Position numbers and translations under genes: made by a program
Shown: positions 9,553 through 18,698 of the stretch, piece by piece
Layout: each line of letters starts with the position of its first letter
Numbering within the stretch: position 1 is the first letter of the stretch
Notes under the pieces: model-generated
Database searches by the model: none
What the model was told of the DNA's origin: nothing
Seen by the model: only the letters and a program-made list of their open reading frames with translations
From: Candidatus Moraniibacteriota bacterium
GTDB taxonomy: Bacteria; Patescibacteriota; Minisyncoccia; Moranbacterales; UBA1568
Reading direction: 5' to 3'
Assembly (NCBI GenBank): GCA_030648835.1
Contig: JAUSGT010000001.1
Span: 133,010-197,009 of the forward strand
Length of the DNA stretch: 64,000 nt

Positions 9553-10179
9553 ATGGAACTCAGGGATTACATCACTATATTCAAAAAACAGAAGAAAATA
9601 TTTTGGGCGATAGTGTTCCTCTCTGTTTTGGCGGCTACCGTTTGGCAGAAGAACCAGGAAGCGCAGTACCAAGCGACGTTGCTTCTCAATATTGGACGAA
9701 CGGGTGGAGAGGTTACCCAAGAGTATACTTATGACAGTTTTTATCGTTTGCAGGCGGATGAACGTTTTGCGGATACGGTCGTGCGCTGGCTCGGCTCTCC
9801 TCGGGTGGTAGAGGATATTTATGGCGCCGCAAACATAGATTTGGAGAAGAGAGGCATGCGTGATTTGAAAGGAATGTTCGGAGCGAAGCGTTTGTCTTCG
9901 CAAATGATCGAAGTGACCTATACGGATGTCAGCGACAAAACGCTCAAGAAAATTTCTGAAGCGGCGATTGTCACGCTCAATCGCTATACGGACAGTTTGA
10001 ATAAGGAGAATGACGAAACAAATTGGTTTACTGTGATCGGGAGTGATCCTATCGTCCGTGATGCCCATATTCCGCTTCCTCTCGCTTTGGTGATCGGGTT
10101 ACTCTTCGGGATATTTGTCGGGTTTTGGACAGTTTTGATAAGACACTATTTTCAGTTAACAAAGAACAATAAACAGTAA
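9553..10179 (+). CDS. Wzz/polysaccharide co-polymerase-like membrane protein (short form)
   Basis: 208 aa. TM helices at the N- and C-termini bracket a soluble domain. Paralogous in architecture to 40330..40965 and 52983..54122. Confidence 0.45.
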   Translation: MELRDYITIFKKQKKIFWAIVFLSVLAATVWQKNQEAQYQATLLLNIGRTGGEVTQEYTYDSFYRLQADERFADTVVRWLGSPRVVEDIYGAANIDLEKRGMRDLKGMFGAKRLSSQMIEVTYTDVSDKTLKKISEAAIVTLNRYTDSLNKENDETNWFTVIGSDPIVRDAHIPLPLALVIGLLFGIFVGFWTVLIRHYFQLTKNNKQ

Positions 10180-10215
10180 ATAAAAAAACTTGGCTTTTTT
10201 GGCGAAAACTGTTGA

Positions 10216-11406
10216 TTGTTAACTGATGACTGTTTACTGGTTATGCGCATAGGGATTGATATACGGTGTCTGGCGGAGGGGAAGCGCACTGGAGTGGAAG
10301 AATATACCTTGGCCCTTTTGGAAGGGCTTTTTCTGCGTGATACGGAGAATGAGTATGTGCTTTTTTTCAATGCTTGGCGCAAGACCCATTTGGATTTTGG
10401 CTGGGTGACCAAATATCCGAATGTTACCCTGAAAATCTTTCGTTTTCCCAATAAGCTTCTCAATCTCTCGCTTTGGTATCTGCGTTTCCCTAAATTGGAT
10501 AAGCTCCTCGGCGGTACGGATATTTTTTTTCTGCCGAATCTGAATTTCGCTTCAGTCTCGCGGAAGACCAGATTGGTAGTGACGGCGCATGATCTTTCGT
10601 TTGAATTGTTTCCGGAGACATTTTCTTTCAAGCGTCGGTTGTGGCATTTTTTCATCAACTTCCGGCGGTTGGCGCTTTCCGCCGACAAGGTGATCGCCAT
10701 TTCTCAGTCGACCAAAGATGATCTTATGGCGCAGTATGGTGTGTCGGGAGAAAAGATTATCGTTATCCAAAGCGGCATTGGAAAACAATTTCATGTGATG
10801 AGCCGAAACGACCAGGAACTCCTGCGAGTGAAGGAAAAGTACCATCTACCGTATAAATTTATCCTTTCACTCGCGACGTTTGAACCGCGCAAGAATATTC
10901 TGGCACTCATAAAAGCTTATGAGGCACTCTTGCGTCTCGGCCACACAGCTTTGGACAAGTACGCGCTGGTTATCGCCGGAACGCGTGGGTGGAAGAATGA
11001 GGAGGTGTTCGCTACCATTGCCCATTCACCGTATCGGGAAAAAATTCTCCTGCCCGGTTTCATCGCCGATGCCGATAAAGCAGCGCTCTACAATCTGGCG
11101 AGCGTATTTGTTTATCCGTCGCTCTACGAAGGCTTCGGTTTTCCACCGCTTGAGGCGATGGCTTGCGGGGTACCGGTCATCGTTTCTCATTCTTCATCGC
11201 TTCCGGAAATCGTCGGCAATGCCGGAGTTCTCATTGATCCGTATCAACCTGATGAGCTCTTGCAGGCGCTTCACCAGGTACTGACAGATCAGGAACTGAC
11301 CGATACTTTGCATAAAAAAAGCGAAACGCGCGCCACACTTTTTTCTTGGGAGAAAACGGTAGAGGAGACTCTCAGTGTTTTTCAGTCGTTAAAAGTGAAA
11401 AAATAG
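10216..11406 (+). CDS. glycosyltransferase family 4
   Basis: 396 aa. YPSLYEGFGFPPLEAMACGVPVIVS is the canonical GT4 EX7E motif. Confidence 0.8.
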   Translation: MLTDDCLLVMRIGIDIRCLAEGKRTGVEEYTLALLEGLFLRDTENEYVLFFNAWRKTHLDFGWVTKYPNVTLKIFRFPNKLLNLSLWYLRFPKLDKLLGGTDIFFLPNLNFASVSRKTRLVVTAHDLSFELFPETFSFKRRLWHFFINFRRLALSADKVIAISQSTKDDLMAQYGVSGEKIIVIQSGIGKQFHVMSRNDQELLRVKEKYHLPYKFILSLATFEPRKNILALIKAYEALLRLGHTALDKYALVIAGTRGWKNEEVFATIAHSPYREKILLPGFIADADKAALYNLASVFVYPSLYEGFGFPPLEAMACGVPVIVSHSSSLPEIVGNAGVLIDPYQPDELLQALHQVLTDQELTDTLHKKSETRATLFSWEKTVEETLSVFQSLKVKK

Positions 11407-11547
11407 GCGCCAGCCCGCCATATTTCTTGTTGAGAGGTGTAGGCGGGATTGACAGTTGCCTTTTCTCAGTCAAGAAAATCGGATATACTGTGGAGTGGGC
11501 AGGAAGCCCTTTTAAATACAAATATAAATAATCATTAAAGAAAGACT

Positions 11548-12948
11548 ATGTTGAAAAGAAGTACAAAAATGGGAACGGGATCGGCGCTGGTTATCGCTTT
11601 GCTGTCATTTGGCGCTTTTGTTGGGGCGGCGGTGCTTGTCACCAAAAATCAGTTGAATCTCACGGCGGTTTCGCTCGCCAATGACGGCGAGGACGGCGGT
11701 GGAGATAGCGGTGGAGATGAAGATAAGGACGAAGATAAGGATGACAGTAATGACTCTTCTTCAAAATCTGAAAAGGAGAAGGAAAAGAAGTCGGAAGAGG
11801 CTAAGAAGCAGGCTGAACGTGAGCGCGAGGATACCAAAAAGCAACTCGAGCGATCGAATAAGAGCTCTGACGATTCGGAGGATGATGAAAAAGAGAGTGA
11901 AGATATCAATGATGATAACGGAAATAAAGATGATTCGGCAGAGGAAGCCGATGAAATTGATGAGGCCGATGAAATCAATGACGACAATAATGGTATGTTC
12001 AAGGAACGTGCCAAGACATTGGAAAAATTACGAGAAGAGATAGCCAAGGCGAGGGAGAAAATCTTGGAAAAACAAGGGGAAGGAGTGGACGCCACTGCGG
12101 CGTTGGCGCGTTTGGCTTTGGCTGAAGCCGGACTTACTCAGGTAGGATCCTCGTTCGATGTGAATGATTTGGAAAAAGCCAAACTGCTTGCCAAACAAAT
12201 CAAGAAAGAGACTCATTTCACGGAAAAGGATCTGGAATTTTCCAAAAAAGTCGCTGAAGAAATGGCTAAAGTGGAAAAGCGCTTTGGGCAGGTAGAAAAG
12301 AAAATTGTCGAACTTGGAGCTTTGAGTGGCGATACCACAGATTTCAAATCCCAGCTCGCTTCACTACGTTCTGATTTTTCTGTTCTGAAAACTACGGTTG
12401 CGGCTGCTCCCGGAACGATAACTCGGGATATGGTGAAAGCTTTTGAAAAACGCGTGAAACGGTTGAAGAGTTTGGTTGAAAGCACCATTTTCGCTCTTGG
12501 TGGCACTGACGATGACGATCTGTTCGATGACCACAAGGATGATGCGGATGACCTTTTTGAGAATCTCAATGATGTGGCCGAGATTGAGGATGGCGATGAC
12601 AATGGCGTTTCCGGCAAGGTAAGAAAGATAGCGGCTGAGCATAAAGCGTCCACACAGGAAGTTGAGGACAGTTTGCAGGGTATCAAAGACCGCAGCGGTG
12701 TGACGAAAGTCCTTTTTGGGCCGAACTTCAACGCCCTGGATAGCTTGACGACCGAGGTTACCGCTATGGGTACCCGCGCAACCGCTCTCGAGTCGGCATC
12801 TACCCAGATCACTGATCCGGAGATCAAGCAGATTCTCGTGGATCAGGCAAAAGCTTTGCGGAGCGAAGTCACCAAGCTGCAGGCCTATATTGCCGCCGAA
12901 GACAATCAATTCAGTATCTTTGGAAAGTTTCTCTCGCTATTCCGCTGA
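11548..12948 (+). CDS. membrane-anchored, highly acidic low-complexity and coiled-coil protein
   Basis: 466 aa. N-terminal TM anchor (GSALVIALLSFGAFVGAAVLV), a D/E/K/S-rich block of about 130 aa, then predicted coiled coil. No enzymatic motif. Confidence 0.5.
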   Translation: MLKRSTKMGTGSALVIALLSFGAFVGAAVLVTKNQLNLTAVSLANDGEDGGGDSGGDEDKDEDKDDSNDSSSKSEKEKEKKSEEAKKQAEREREDTKKQLERSNKSSDDSEDDEKESEDINDDNGNKDDSAEEADEIDEADEINDDNNGMFKERAKTLEKLREEIAKAREKILEKQGEGVDATAALARLALAEAGLTQVGSSFDVNDLEKAKLLAKQIKKETHFTEKDLEFSKKVAEEMAKVEKRFGQVEKKIVELGALSGDTTDFKSQLASLRSDFSVLKTTVAAAPGTITRDMVKAFEKRVKRLKSLVESTIFALGGTDDDDLFDDHKDDADDLFENLNDVAEIEDGDDNGVSGKVRKIAAEHKASTQEVEDSLQGIKDRSGVTKVLFGPNFNALDSLTTEVTAMGTRATALESASTQITDPEIKQILVDQAKALRSEVTKLQAYIAAEDNQFSIFGKFLSLFR

Positions 12949-12970
12949 GAGAAGTATCTGTTGCGAGAAA

Positions 12971-13005
12971 GCCCTCATCTGCCGGTTGGCGGTGAGGGAT
13001 TTTCT
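12971..13005 (+). terminator. probable terminator after the acidic protein gene
   Basis: CCCTCA...TGAGGG stem followed by ATTTTCTT. Confidence 0.4.
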
Positions 13006-13007
13006 TA

Positions 13008-13139
13008 TGTGCCCAGCAGTGAAACTTCGACCGAGTGCTCGTGTAGAATTGTAATTTGGAAGTGATATTATAAAAATAAGTATCTGATTTAAGTTTTTTT
13101 GGTTTTATGAAAATTGTCGAGGTTCTACTGCCGGGTGTG
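13008..13139. mobile_element. MITE-like element copy 3 (degenerate): TIR CCCAGCAGTGAAACTTCGAC (13012..13031) / GTCGAGGTTCTACTGCCGGG (13116..13135), flanked by TGTG at 13008..13011 and 13136..13139
   Basis: Same family with point substitutions. The flanking 4 bp direct repeat is TGTG here rather than TATG. The downstream gene starts 21 nt further on, at 13160. Confidence 0.6.
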
Positions 13140-13159
13140 GTAGAATAGAAACAACTACT

Positions 13160-13915
13160 ATGTCCCAATATTACAACCCCAGGCGCAACAGAAATTTGTT
13201 CGATCCTCACTCGAAGGAGCCGTTTCGTTTGAGTCGTTCGCGGTTGGAGCTTTTTATGAACTGCCCCAGGTGTTTTTATCTGGATCGGCGTCTGGGTACG
13301 GATCGCCCGCCTGGCTTTCCCTTTTCGCTCAACTCGGCTGTGGATACGCTCCTCAAAAAAGAATTTGATATTCATCGCGCTTCTGGCACGCCACATCCTT
13401 TGATGCAAGCTTATGGTCTCGACGCGGTACCATTTCAGCACGAGAAGATGGAAGAGTGGAGGGATTCATTACGGCGCGGTATCACCTATCTCCACCCGAA
13501 GACAAATCTTTATTTCACAGGAGGAGTGGATGATGTGTGGGTGGATCCCAAGGGAGAACTGATCATCGTGGATTACAAAGCCACGGCCAAAGACGGTGAA
13601 GTGAATCTGGATGCCGAGTGGCAGGGTGGCTACAAACGTCAAATGGAAATGTATCAGTGGCTCTTTCGTAAAAATAATTTCAAAGTTTCCGATACCGGTT
13701 ATTTCGTCTACTGCAATGGTCAGACGGACCGCAAGGCTTTTGACGGCAAACTGGAATTTACCGTGAAACTGCTTCCCTATACGGGAAACGACGAATGGGT
13801 GGAGGGGATGCTTATTGCCGCTCACGACTGTTTGATGGGCGATGTTATTCCTGCCTCAAGCGCCAACTGTGATTACTGCGCCTACCGCCAAGCTACCTCG
13901 GAATTGGAGGGATAA
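13160..13915 (+). CDS. PD-(D/E)XK nuclease, Cas4/RecB-exonuclease-like, with Fe-S-cluster cysteines
   Basis: 251 aa. IVDYKAT is the (D/E)xK core. An N-terminal CPRC and a C-terminal C...CDYC match the Cas4-type 4Cys arrangement. No CRISPR array or other cas genes are in the window. Confidence 0.55.
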   Translation: MSQYYNPRRNRNLFDPHSKEPFRLSRSRLELFMNCPRCFYLDRRLGTDRPPGFPFSLNSAVDTLLKKEFDIHRASGTPHPLMQAYGLDAVPFQHEKMEEWRDSLRRGITYLHPKTNLYFTGGVDDVWVDPKGELIIVDYKATAKDGEVNLDAEWQGGYKRQMEMYQWLFRKNNFKVSDTGYFVYCNGQTDRKAFDGKLEFTVKLLPYTGNDEWVEGMLIAAHDCLMGDVIPASSANCDYCAYRQATSELEG

Positions 13916-13917
13916 AT

Positions 13918-14538
13918 ATGAAATTCTATCTTTCATCCTATAAAATTGGTAATCAGCCGGAAAAACTTTTGGCATTATTTTCGGATAACAAAAAGGTAGG
14001 CTATATACCGAATGCCTTAGATTTTACTGGGGCTGATCCGCAAAGAAGAAAAAGACACATCAAAACTGACATACAGAGTTTGATCGACAATGGATTCCAA
14101 GTGGAATTACTTGATCTGAAAGAATACTTCAATAAAAAAAACAACCTTCGAGAAAAACTCCAAAGCCTCGGAGGGGTCTTTATAAGTGGCGGGAATGTTT
14201 TTGTTCTTCGACAAGCGATGAGACTCTGTGATTTTGATACTATCCTAGAAGAATATAAAAATCGCGAGGACTTTGTTTATGCCGGTTACAGTGCCGCGGG
14301 GTGTGTTCTCTCTCCATCATTGAAAGCGTATGCGATCGTTGATGACGCGACTGATCATCCTTACGCCGAGCAAAGCGAAACGATATGGGAAGGCCTCAAT
14401 ATGATTGATTACGTTTTCTTACCACATTTTGACTCGAACCATCCTGAGTCCGAGGATGTTGCAAAAGAAATCCAGTATTGCATTCAAAACGGGATCCCGT
14501 ACAAAACGCTGAAAGATGGAGAGGCGATAATCATCTGA
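13918..14538 (+). CDS. peptidase S51 (dipeptidase E-like)
   Basis: 206 aa. FISGGNVFVL corresponds to the S51 GGNTF motif. Markedly AT-rich compared with the flanking genes. Confidence 0.65.
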   Translation: MKFYLSSYKIGNQPEKLLALFSDNKKVGYIPNALDFTGADPQRRKRHIKTDIQSLIDNGFQVELLDLKEYFNKKNNLREKLQSLGGVFISGGNVFVLRQAMRLCDFDTILEEYKNREDFVYAGYSAAGCVLSPSLKAYAIVDDATDHPYAEQSETIWEGLNMIDYVFLPHFDSNHPESEDVAKEIQYCIQNGIPYKTLKDGEAIII

Positions 14539-15697
14539 AAAACCTGAGAAGTGTCTGGAGGGCTTTTTTTCTCTTGTTTTCGAAGACGACTTTTGGTGAC
14601 TGAAATTTGATATTTATTACGAACTCAGTCAAGGCCTGAATGGTTTTCATGCTGAGTTCCGCATTTAGATATTTTATATCGTTTGCCTCTTCATTATGAC
14701 AATAAAAAGCGGTCGGGGACCCCTCTACGAAGCAGCAGTCTACCCCATGTAGTTTGAAATAGTAGTGGTCGCTTACTTCAAGCATATTATCTACATCATC
14801 TATGGTCGTGTTACTGATGATTTCTCCAAAACTTTTCTCTATTTGTTTATGATAATCTTTTTCGGCATAAATGGAGGTATTGTCTCCCAGTCCTATTCCG
14901 TCGATAGCTACCATATAGCGCATGAGGCTGTTCTCTTCCTCCGTCAGCGTTTCTAAGAAGAATTTAGACCCGAACATGGAATTTTCCTCCGCTCCGAAAT
15001 ACACTACCCACACATCGAAGGGGAGCTTCATCTTTTTCAGGTTCTGAGAAACCAGTAGCGCGCCGGCTATGCCGCTGGCATTATCCAGAAGTCCTGTAGA
15101 GTGCGGTACGGTATCGATATGCGCCCCGACAATCAGTTTCAATCTATTTTTGCGATGCGTAATTTTGTGAATCAGATTGTAGGAATTTTTTACTACATAT
15201 TTGGTATCGGTTTTCAGTCTCACTTCTTTCCCGATATTTTTATGGAAAAAATCTTCGTAGGCGGATCCAATGATGAGGTTGGGTATCAGATACGTGGGAC
15301 CGCCTTTGTTGTAATAAAAAGGTTTCGGGTAGTTTCTTGAGACAGAGAGGAAAGATACGATAGTTTTGCTTTTGCTTCTGATACAATACACAGCGAACTC
15401 ATTTCCTTTTTCTTCCGTACTTTCGCCGAAGTATTCCAAGGTTCCTCTTATGTTGGACTTCGGGGAGTAGTACACAGAACGACAGGAGATAGTTTCATCG
15501 CCTATGGTCAAATGGGGCAAAGCCTCTTCTCTCCAGGTGAGAATCTTAAATTTCTGGATTATTGTTTTCCCGCCAATGTTTTTTGCAATATATTTTTTTA
15601 GGTACCGAACGGTATCGGACTCTCCTTTTGAGCCGGAAAGACGGGTCTTATTGCTGATGCTTTCTATGATATCGAGGAATTCTTTTGTGTTATCCAT
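14531..15697 (-). CDS. M28 family zinc aminopeptidase
   Basis: 388 aa. GAHIDTV, DNASG and GAEE metal-ligand motifs of M28. AT-rich. Convergent with the S51 gene, overlapping it by 8 nt. Confidence 0.65.
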   Translation of the reverse strand: MDNTKEFLDIIESISNKTRLSGSKGESDTVRYLKKYIAKNIGGKTIIQKFKILTWREEALPHLTIGDETISCRSVYYSPKSNIRGTLEYFGESTEEKGNEFAVYCIRSKSKTIVSFLSVSRNYPKPFYYNKGGPTYLIPNLIIGSAYEDFFHKNIGKEVRLKTDTKYVVKNSYNLIHKITHRKNRLKLIVGAHIDTVPHSTGLLDNASGIAGALLVSQNLKKMKLPFDVWVVYFGAEENSMFGSKFFLETLTEEENSLMRYMVAIDGIGLGDNTSIYAEKDYHKQIEKSFGEIISNTTIDDVDNMLEVSDHYYFKLHGVDCCFVEGSPTAFYCHNEEANDIKYLNAELSMKTIQALTEFVINIKFQSPKVVFENKRKKALQTLLRFFR

Positions 15698-16078
15698 AAG
15701 GGTATTTTAAAAACAAGGCTAGCATTGTTTTGATTATATAGTATAAGTAGAATAATCTACAGTGTGCGAGGTAGCTGTTACAGTCATCACTTCAGCTTTT
15801 TGTGAGAACCGAGGTGTCGAGTTTATCCTTCTAGAAGGGGGAAAGTTAGCTTATGAGGGATTTACCCCGTTAGATGTTCAGAAGGACTTTGTATGCTTAT
15901 AGATGAAAATCCGAGATGTTAACAGATTTTGCTTTTAACAAGGGATAATCGAGACCTGCTGATCTAACTGGGGTTGATTTTTTCGTGAAAAGGTGGTACA
16001 ATAGACGGTTACAAAGATTCAAACCAATTTTGGTGCGAAATGTAACACGGCACCTTTACAATCAAGAGGAGAAGGAAA

Positions 16079-16792
16079 ATGACCCATGTCGTTATCGTGG
16101 TATTTCTCGCGATATTCGCTTCGATGGCGAGCGCAGCTGAATTCGATCGGACATTAGCAACTCCGCCAGCCATGTCGGCAGAAACGCTGACTGAAGCGCG
16201 AACTGAGCTTCTGCCGGAAAACGTCGATAAGACGAAAGTCGTCTTGGCGAGCGAGCACTTCGCCAAGTATCCGGAAAAAGCTGAAGAGCCTTCGCCGGTC
16301 AACATGCTGGAGTACCGCAGTTATCGGGGCGATTACGTCGCTCGGGCGTACTTCGAAAAATCGCTGACAGAGAAAGTTGCGGTATATCTCTCCGCATCGA
16401 AAGCCCGAGGCTTCGAAAGTCTTACCGTCGGGCCGGCATATTACATCACACCGGAGATGGAGATCGGTATGAGTATCGGGTCATCTCGGTACGCCGCCTC
16501 GAATGAGGATCAGAAAAGTTCTCATGGGACTGTCTCGTCGTTCTTTTATTGGAAGACGGACAGGATCGAGTCCGAAGTGATCGTGGAGAAGTATAGCCGC
16601 GATTCCAATCCATGGTATTACTACGCGTACGTACAGACGCCCATCACCAGCGGTTGGTTGGTGGGACTGCATAGTGAGAAGGATGTCGGCTGGGGTCCAC
16701 GATTCAGTCGAGCGTTTGGCAAGAACGCCAGTCTGTGGATTGTCCCACTCGTTAGCGGCGGTTTCATTGTCGGGGCCCAGTTACTATATTGA
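16079..16792 (+). CDS. secreted hypothetical protein (signal peptide)
   Basis: 237 aa. N-terminal signal (VVIVVFLAIFASMASAAEF) and a strong SD (AAGAGGAGAAGGAAA-ATG). No recognisable family. Confidence 0.5.
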   Translation: MTHVVIVVFLAIFASMASAAEFDRTLATPPAMSAETLTEARTELLPENVDKTKVVLASEHFAKYPEKAEEPSPVNMLEYRSYRGDYVARAYFEKSLTEKVAVYLSASKARGFESLTVGPAYYITPEMEIGMSIGSSRYAASNEDQKSSHGTVSSFFYWKTDRIESEVIVEKYSRDSNPWYYYAYVQTPITSGWLVGLHSEKDVGWGPRFSRAFGKNASLWIVPLVSGGFIVGAQLLY

Positions 16793-16899
16793 ATCTTAGG
16801 GCACAGCCTTTCTCTTTGTTGCGCAGCCTGTTCCGAACATCGGACCAGGCTGTTTTTCTTTTCTTTCTCTCGCTTTTATGGTATTTTAACAATATATTT

Positions 16900-17496
16900 A
16901 TGGACAAAAAATCAAAGATATTTTTTCTGGTCTTGGGGCTGCTTATTCTTGGATCAGTGGCTGTCTCGTATTACAGATACATGGTAAAGCGCGATTATAT
17001 CATCCAAGCGCAGTCCGATTGCAATCCGTATACCGAAAAGTGTTTTGTCCATGAATGTGATCCTGACCCGGATGTTGACGGAGAATGCACAGGCGATCCG
17101 GTGGAGGACACGTGGTATACGAAGAATGTCAGCCGGATAGCGTACAATATTCCTCATTGTGACCCCAGTGATGAAAACTGCATGGCTCTTGTGTGTGGAG
17201 AGAATGAACAAAGCTGTTCTTATGAGTTTTGCGATGAGATGAACGTTCCAGAAGGTGATACGTGCAATGACCCGGTTGTCTATACGCTGGAGAATCCGAT
17301 AGAAGAGGACGCCACAATGGAGGAAGAAGGTATTGAAGCAGAGTCAGATGAAGAAGGAATAACGGACGAAACGGAAGGTACTGCGACCGATTCTGTAGAA
17401 AGCGGTACTTCGGAGGAGGAGATGCCACCGCAAGCTGTAACGAATACCGGTAATGCCGGAGTGAGCACTATCGGAGCGAATCAGGCAAGACAATAG
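16900..17496 (+). CDS. membrane-anchored cysteine-rich protein with an acidic C-terminal tail
   Basis: Start taken at the internal ATG (MDKKSKIFFLVLGLLILGSVAV). Eleven cysteines within about 100 aa, then an E/D/T-rich tail. Confidence 0.4.
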   Translation: MDKKSKIFFLVLGLLILGSVAVSYYRYMVKRDYIIQAQSDCNPYTEKCFVHECDPDPDVDGECTGDPVEDTWYTKNVSRIAYNIPHCDPSDENCMALVCGENEQSCSYEFCDEMNVPEGDTCNDPVVYTLENPIEEDATMEEEGIEAESDEEGITDETEGTATDSVESGTSEEEMPPQAVTNTGNAGVSTIGANQARQ

Positions 17497-17582
17497 CTAT
17501 TTGAAGAGGTGTTTCGTTAAAACTGCTATAGGGCGGTTTTTTTGTTTGATTTCAGCCGTTTTCTCTTATGGTATTGTCACTC

Positions 17583-17611
17583 TTTACAAAATGGTAAAAA
17601 AGGTGTATAAT
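17583..17611 (+). promoter_or_regulatory. sigma70-like promoter TTTACA-N17-TATAAT
   Basis: Read directly from the sequence. It is followed by an SD (AAGGAGGG) and the ATG at 17661. Confidence 0.55.
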
Positions 17612-17660
17612 AAACGATTGGTTAATTTAAAAACTGAATTTTTACCTCAAGGAGGGCATC

Positions 17661-18593
17661 ATGCAGAACTGGCTTCTGATGGCATTGATCGCCCCGTTTC
17701 TGTGGGCGCTGGTGGCAATAGTTGACACTTATTTCGTTCACGATGTTTATGAGGATGAGTACGACGGAATGGTGGTCTCGGGAGTGTTCCAATTGCTTCC
17801 ATGGCTTTTGGTTCCGGTGGGGGCTATAGAATTTACATTTTCCAGTGCACAAATTGCGGGTTTCGCATTTGTGGCCGGGGGGATGCTAGCCCTTTCCTTC
17901 TTCTGCTATTTCAAGGCGTTGTTTATCAGGAATGATGCCGTCTTGATGCAGACCCTATGGACGGTGGGCGTTCCTGTCGTACCGTTCTTTGCCTACTTTC
18001 TCATCGGAGAAGTTTTGACAAGCGCGCATTACGCAGGTATCGGGATCGCGTTTATAGGGATACTCCTGTTCAATTTCGACGGAAATGTCAAGCGGATCGG
18101 ATTTTCCAGAATTGTTTTTCCGATGGTTGGCGCGATAGTTTTTTTCTCCCTGTACATGGTATTCGCGAGGAAGGCGCATGATCTTTCTCCCTTGGACTTC
18201 TGGAGCGTCTATTTGCTCTTTTCGTTTGGGGCGACAGCTACTGCGTTCGCTGTGCTCGTCATCGCGAAGAAAAACGCTATTGAAAAGGCGAGAAAAATCG
18301 TCAGGCTGAGCGGGAAATACTTCTACGCTTTCCTTTGCACAGAGGGGCTGTACCTTGCGGGGACGATTACTTCGCAAAAGGCCATCAGTCTTGCGCCGGC
18401 GGTGTCGTTCGTGGTGGTAATCGAGAGTTTGGTGCCGGTATTCGTGATGGTAGTGAGCTTGTTTCTCATGTTGGTTTTGAAACGACTGGGAAACATAGCT
18501 ATTGGAGACGTTTATCGGCAGCAGCTTTCCGGGGTATGGATAAAAATCCTCGCTCTGGTATTCTTAGCTATCGGAATCTATACGGTGGCTTAG
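17661..18593 (+). CDS. polytopic membrane protein (about 10 TM), possibly a DMT/EamA-type transporter
   Basis: 310 aa of alternating hydrophobic helices. No diagnostic motif beyond topology. Confidence 0.4.
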   Translation: MQNWLLMALIAPFLWALVAIVDTYFVHDVYEDEYDGMVVSGVFQLLPWLLVPVGAIEFTFSSAQIAGFAFVAGGMLALSFFCYFKALFIRNDAVLMQTLWTVGVPVVPFFAYFLIGEVLTSAHYAGIGIAFIGILLFNFDGNVKRIGFSRIVFPMVGAIVFFSLYMVFARKAHDLSPLDFWSVYLLFSFGATATAFAVLVIAKKNAIEKARKIVRLSGKYFYAFLCTEGLYLAGTITSQKAISLAPAVSFVVVIESLVPVFVMVVSLFLMLVLKRLGNIAIGDVYRQQLSGVWIKILALVFLAIGIYTVA

Positions 18594-18698
18594 ACGGGTT
18601 TTCGCAACAGCGAAGGCCCGTGTTTTTTTACCAATAGTTGTAGTTTTTGGAAAGTAGTCTAAGATGAGGGTGAATATGTCTTTTCTATTAGATTCTCT

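Noticed and set aside
12911-13441. 176 aa minus-strand ORF
   Set aside because: Spans MITE copy 3 and is antisense to the start of the Cas4-like gene. No motifs.
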